From positions 96,001-160,000 of the forward strand of contig OZ241986.1 of the NCBI GenBank assembly GCA_965204375.1: a DNA stretch of 64,000 nt, given 5' to 3'. The position numbers and the translations under genes were made by a program. Of the stretch, positions 60,501 through 64,000 are shown one piece after another. The notes below the pieces were generated by a model. It ran no database searches. It saw only the letters and a list, made by a program, of their open reading frames with translations, and had not been told where the DNA came from. The DNA comes from Candidatus Latescibacterota bacterium (GTDB taxonomy: Bacteria > Latescibacterota > UBA2968). Within the stretch, counting starts at the first letter, position 1. Every line of letters begins with the position of its first letter.

Positions 60501-60928
60501 GTTTTTACACTCAGGTCAAAGAGGTCTGGAGGCAAGGTGTGTCCCATCAAGGCTTCGATGGGTGTGACCACAATGCCACTGGCTTTCCGGTGCAACTGGT
60601 CCAGCGCTTCCATCCGCAAGCCCACGACATCAAGGTGCGGCGAACGCCCGTCAAAATGCGCGACACCCCAACCTGGAAAGTAGCCCACGTGTTCTTCGTC
60701 TAACAGCCGCTCCAAATCATTGCGCAATGCCTCGGCGCGGTCCTCATCTGCACATACGACTACCACCGGGCCGGGTACGGTTTCTTCAATCCATGCGATG
60801 GCAAATGCAGATAGCGCCCCGGTGCCTCCGCGCATGGTTACGGCCCGTTTTCCCGATTCCAGTTTTTGCGATAGGTCTTTAAATGGCGTCGAGTTTTTGA
60901 TTCTGTTGTACAATATATCAACGGACAT
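57521..60928 (-). CDS. mfd: Transcription-repair coupling factor
   Basis: RGGILD, VVH..HGIG, DRLICGDVGYGKTEVA, DEEH, TATPIPRT, QLRGRVGR, TRG and TRCF domains. Confidence 0.97.
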   Translation of the reverse strand: MSVDILYNRIKNSTPFKDLSQKLESGKRAVTMRGGTGALSAFAIAWIEETVPGPVVVVCADEDRAEALRNDLERLLDEEHVGYFPGWGVAHFDGRSPHLDVVGLRMEALDQLHRKASGIVVTPIEALMGHTLPPDLFDLSVKTLRLEQEISPLQLADHLVEIGYERVTTVEGVGQFGMRGGILDVCSFGNAHPVRLEFWGDEISSIRAFDLSTQRSIAQLEETRILPCRESVLPLTLADIYLENLEIAERDLGIELPEVRNLLEREGIFEGQEHYLSVLYGERTGLLDYVPEGCWLVLDDPDGIATAADNAWHACEQIAQRQKKRRAETEPLPAQCVLRQPETVLRQLERMPRVLNRALGGTSEKMVDLGGQSGRHYEGHVQLLKEDLRKHWLDAYEVVILCESEGQKARLEEILEESADIVSLYVGTLQSGFTYRPGKVFLINDHEIYSRVHRRRRYRRFQDAQPIKTVSALQRGDFVVHVDHGIGRFDGVKRIEIGRMSSDCLTIGYRDGDRVFVPVDQMDQVQKYSSQDGVVPVLSKLGTVAWERLKEKTRKAIFKMAAELVSLYAERKAQPGMAFSPDGSEMNALEASFPYRETRDQQEAIDAVRKDMEAQSAMDRLICGDVGYGKTEVAIRGAFKAILDGKQVAVLAPTTILAQQHYRTFCERFSEFPVHVAVLSRFRTRAEQTRTLEAMKKGTVDIVVGTHRLLSKDVNFKSLGLLVIDEEHRFGVRHKERLKEMRRLVDVLTLTATPIPRTLHMSLMGARDMSVIQTPPKDRLPIQTEVLAFEEDRIAEAVLREVDRGGQVYFVHNRVQSMHAMMGFLTRLLPQVRFGMGHGQMPERQLEKVMMDFFEHKYDVLVSTMIVESGLDIPNANTLIVNRADRLGLAQLYQLRGRVGRSNKRAYAYLCVPSWQALKKPAVRRLRAIEEFSDLGSGFHISMRDMEIRGTGNLLGAQQHGHIAAVGFDLYTRLLDEAVRQIKGDETEPAIEPDVQVSVSSYIPDDYIPDADQKMQFYQRLGQIRRTVEVLAIEEELADRFGPLPDPTSALLDILQVKILARQLRLSQLQIGQTMTMTLSPDKPLMRTDIERMVTQSPIPLEFALGEPPKIEVALIGKGPQSRLESAKNVLQSLI

Positions 60929-60962
60929 AAATTTTAACTTTTCCTCCCAAACAGTACACACC

Positions 60963-60996
60963 AAAAAGCTCGACACATTGTATGCGTCGAGCTTTT
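60963..60996 (-). terminator. Terminator downstream of tRNA-Asp
   Basis: AAAAAGCTCGAC-loop-GTCGAGCTTTT. Confidence 0.78.
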
Positions 60997-61004
60997 CAGA
61001 AAAA

Positions 61005-61082
61005 TGGCGGGGTAGACGGGGCTCGAACCCGCGACCACCGGCGTGACAGGCCGGTACTCTAACCAGACTGAGCTACTACCCC
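61005..61082 (-). tRNA. tRNA-Asp(GTC)
   Basis: GGGGTAGTAGCTCAGTCTGGTTAGAGTACCGGCCTGTCACGCCGGTGGTCGCGGGTTCGAGCCCCGTCTACCCCGCCA. Confidence 0.97.
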
Positions 61083-61127
61083 AGGTTCAATTGTGAAACA
61101 ATCTTCAAAATTCTCTGAAGGAACGAA

Positions 61128-61156
61128 AATTTAACAAGGTGTCTTTGCAGTGTCAA
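61128..61156 (-). promoter_or_regulatory. tRNA-Asp promoter
   Basis: TTGACA-17 nt-TAAATT with an extended TG. Confidence 0.65.
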
Positions 61157-61246
61157 GCAAATTTAACAAATTATACCCCTTGTTTTTAGCATATCATCTC
61201 ATTATGTTGGGGCGATTTCACGCCAAAACTTTCAAAGGAGAATTTT

Positions 61247-64000
61247 ATGACTCGACGCGATGCTTTATGGATCGTTTGCTTCCTGGTCGCAGGGGCGCTT
61301 GGTCTCACCTGTTATATCCAGTTTTTCGACCGCGCGCTCCCCGTTGCTTCGCTCAATTTTCGCGTAGATCGCGAACAGGCATATCAATCTGCTGAAGCGT
61401 ATCTCGACCGTCTGGGTTACGATCTCACAGATTACGAAAGTGCTCAGGTATTCTCGTACTCCAGCCTGCCCCAGGTGTTTCTCGAACGCACCCTGGGTCT
61501 TGAGGAAGCCAACCAACTCGTGCGCGAATGGGTTTCGGTATGGTACTGGAATATCCGCTGGTTTAAGCCGCTTCAAAAAGAAGAACTCCGCGTGCGCATT
61601 GATCCCGGTGGACGTATCGTAGGGTTTACGCACAGCATCCTGGAGTCTGACGAAGGCGCGAGTCTTTCAGAAGAAGATGCCCGCGTTATTGCGGAAACCT
61701 TTCTGACCGATGTGCAGGGCTTTCAACTCGACGATTACGAGCCTATCGAAGCGTCGAGTATTGAGCGCCCCAATCGCATGGATCACACTTTTACTTACCG
61801 CAAAAAAGACTTTGTTGTAGGCGATGATGGGCACTACCGTTTGAGAGTTACAGTTAAGGGCGATAAAGCAGGTTATTTTGCCGAATATCTCAAAGTGCCC
61901 GAAACTTTTTCCCGCAATTATCGAGAAATTCGCTCGCGTGCGGGCCTGCTTACCAATATCGCGTCGGTTTTCGCTTTTGCACTGGGCATTGCAATGGTTG
62001 TGGTGCTCGTGCGTAAATATCGCCAGCGCACATTGATATGGCGCGCTGCTCTCGGCGTGGGCATTCTCGTAGTCGCTACCACTTTCCTCGGCGCCGTCAA
62101 TGGCTATCCGATCACGCGCTTTGGTTACGATACCACGCAGTCCTTTGTTTCCTTTATTCTCACTTTTATTTTTTATACCTGTCTATTGGGTGCCGTGCTC
62201 AGTGGGATCATGATTGCCCTGTCCGGCGCAGCCGGAGGAGCTGCCGCCCAGGATGTGGAAGGCTGGAAAAATCCGCTCGCACGTCTGTCTCTGCGCGGCT
62301 GGCGATCCGCGAGTTTTGCTCGCATCACCCTCGTCGGTTATGGGCTTGCATTTGCCCATCTGGGATATGTGACCATCTTTTACATTTTGGGCAATGATTA
62401 TCTGGGGGTCTGGTCTCCTGCGGCGATGACACAGTACAGCAATACGTATAGCACATACTTGCCGTGGATTTATCCCCTGCTTATCGGTCTTGTCGCCGCT
62501 ACATCAGAAGAATTTCTCTTTCGTCTGCTCGCCATTTCCCTGCTCATCCGCTGGCTCAAAAAACCCTGGTTGGCCGTGCTCATTCCCGCGATTGTGTGGG
62601 CCTTTTTGCACGCGAATTATCCGCAGGAGCCTATTTATATTCGCGGTCTCGAACTCACCGTGGTTGGCGTTATCTTTGGTATTGTGTTTTTGCGCTACGG
62701 TGTTTGGGCAACGATTATTTCGCATTATGTGTACAATTGCTTTCTCGGAATTTACCCGATGGTGCAGTCCGATAGTCTCTACTTCAAGGTCTCGGGCATT
62801 CTGGCGGTTGCGATTATCTTTATTCCGGCCATTCCCGCTATTTTTGGCGTGATTACGGGGCGCTATAAAGAGATTGAGGAGCCCGAAGAGGTGTCACCTC
62901 CTGAGCCGCCACAAGATGCAGTGCCCGAAACAGCGATGCCCGAACCAGAACCACCCGCTGAACCCGAGGTCGAACGCAAAACCCCTTCGGATTATCTCAT
63001 TCCAAAGAGTGGTCTCGTCGTCTTTGGCATTCTCGGTCTGATTGGTTGGTCTGTGTATTTTTCATTTACTCCTCCAGGATTTGCCAAATATGCCCGCGAG
63101 TCCATTATTACGCGGGCTGAGGCGGTTGAAAAAGCAGAGAATATTCGCCGGCAACTCGGCCTCGAGCTCGAAGGCTATCAACGCACCACGTCATTTTCCA
63201 GTGGTTTTAGATCCGGCCATTTTATACATCTTATCCGAAATGTCGATCTGGCGCATGCGGATACGCTCGCTGCTGAGCACACAGCCTCGTGGCGATGGAG
63301 GGTGCGCTGGTTCAAACCTCTGGAAAAGGAAGAACTCACAATTAGCATTGATGGCAATGGCGATTTTTGCCGCATATCGCATTATGTTCCCGAAAATCGA
63401 GAGGGCGCAGAACTCAGTACGGAAGAAGCGCAAAAGATCGCCGAGGCTTTTCTGTCCGGATATTTACAGCGCGATGTGACAGATACAGCGCTTTACAAAC
63501 GCCTTGAAGCTCGTTCGCAAAAGCGCGAAAACAGAATGGACCACAGTTTTGTGTGGGAACGCACAGACATCAAAGTTGAAGAGGGCGAATTTCGCATTAT
63601 TGCCTCTGTACAGGGCGATCAAATCGGCCAGACAAACGCATATTACAAAGCACCCGAAGAGTTTTTGCGCAAATTGCGCGAACGCACGGCAAAAAGTACG
63701 ATTGTCTCTACTGTCTCGACAATCGCAGTTATTGTTACGGCTGTGCTCGCCATTATTTTCTTTTTGCGTGCCTATCGCAATGGACAGGTCAACTGGCAGT
63801 TGCCCATTCGCGTTGGCATTCTATCTGGTGCCTGTTTTGTGCTGGAAAGACTCAATAATCTACCCACGTTCTACGGAAATTATAACACCAGTGAAGCGAT
63901 GAGCACCTTTCTCGGCGATAAACTCATTGACCTCGTCATAGGACTTGTTATTGCTGCGATCATGGCTTTTTTAATCAGTGCGTTTGGCGATACAATGTAC
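61247..64000 (+). CDS. Large CPBP (CAAX protease/Rce1-like) intramembrane metalloprotease with a duplicated extracytoplasmic domain (3' partial; absent from the ORF track)
   Basis: AAAGGAG SD, MTRRDALWIV...; in-frame SEEFLFR, WAFLH, SHYVYN motifs; in frame at every point checked up to the window end. Confidence 0.85.
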   Translation, partial: MTRRDALWIVCFLVAGALGLTCYIQFFDRALPVASLNFRVDREQAYQSAEAYLDRLGYDLTDYESAQVFSYSSLPQVFLERTLGLEEANQLVREWVSVWYWNIRWFKPLQKEELRVRIDPGGRIVGFTHSILESDEGASLSEEDARVIAETFLTDVQGFQLDDYEPIEASSIERPNRMDHTFTYRKKDFVVGDDGHYRLRVTVKGDKAGYFAEYLKVPETFSRNYREIRSRAGLLTNIASVFAFALGIAMVVVLVRKYRQRTLIWRAALGVGILVVATTFLGAVNGYPITRFGYDTTQSFVSFILTFIFYTCLLGAVLSGIMIALSGAAGGAAAQDVEGWKNPLARLSLRGWRSASFARITLVGYGLAFAHLGYVTIFYILGNDYLGVWSPAAMTQYSNTYSTYLPWIYPLLIGLVAATSEEFLFRLLAISLLIRWLKKPWLAVLIPAIVWAFLHANYPQEPIYIRGLELTVVGVIFGIVFLRYGVWATIISHYVYNCFLGIYPMVQSDSLYFKVSGILAVAIIFIPAIPAIFGVITGRYKEIEEPEEVSPPEPPQDAVPETAMPEPEPPAEPEVERKTPSDYLIPKSGLVVFGILGLIGWSVYFSFTPPGFAKYARESIITRAEAVEKAENIRRQLGLELEGYQRTTSFSSGFRSGHFIHLIRNVDLAHADTLAAEHTASWRWRVRWFKPLEKEELTISIDGNGDFCRISHYVPENREGAELSTEEAQKIAEAFLSGYLQRDVTDTALYKRLEARSQKRENRMDHSFVWERTDIKVEEGEFRIIASVQGDQIGQTNAYYKAPEEFLRKLRERTAKSTIVSTVSTIAVIVTAVLAIIFFLRAYRNGQVNWQLPIRVGILSGACFVLERLNNLPTFYGNYNTSEAMSTFLGDKLIDLVIGLVIAAIMAFLISAFGDTMY

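Overview
64 kb of a bacterial chromosome, about 50% GC by eye. The left two-thirds (1-45 kb) is a catabolic and accessory region: four Cys-type (CxPxR) sulfatases, three aldo/keto reductases, two Gfo/Idh/MocA and two CurA-like oxidoreductases, five Fe/2OG (PhyH/JmjC-like) oxygenases including a recent 1.94-kb tandem duplication, uxuA, SSS/MFS/TauE transporters, a large tetraheme cytochrome fusion, two toxin-antitoxin-type pairs flanking a prs gene, and queC. The right part (47-64 kb) is core genome, all on the minus strand except the last gene: tmRNA (tag ADDNTYAMAA), nucleotide-sugar enzymes, argF, nrnA, an ftsE-ftsX-envC-like cluster, an S4 protein, two PPIases, mfd and tRNA-Asp, followed by a partial CPBP membrane protease on the plus strand. 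The sulfatase/PhyH expansion resembles Latescibacterota/Poribacteria-like marine or sponge-associated bacteria (inference only). The most notable observations are: (1) an FtsEX-EnvC module whose FtsE has lost its ATPase motifs and whose EnvC lacks the LytM domain; (2) duplicated two-domain PhyH enzymes lacking the HxD carboxylate, which are halogenase candidates; (3) a UshA-like/c554 tetraheme/multi-thioredoxin fusion; (4) oriented families of short tandem repeats at gene ends; (5) a GC-rich islet at the ssrA 3' end. No CRISPR array, integrase or transposase was seen. All calls come from motif reading; no database searches were run.
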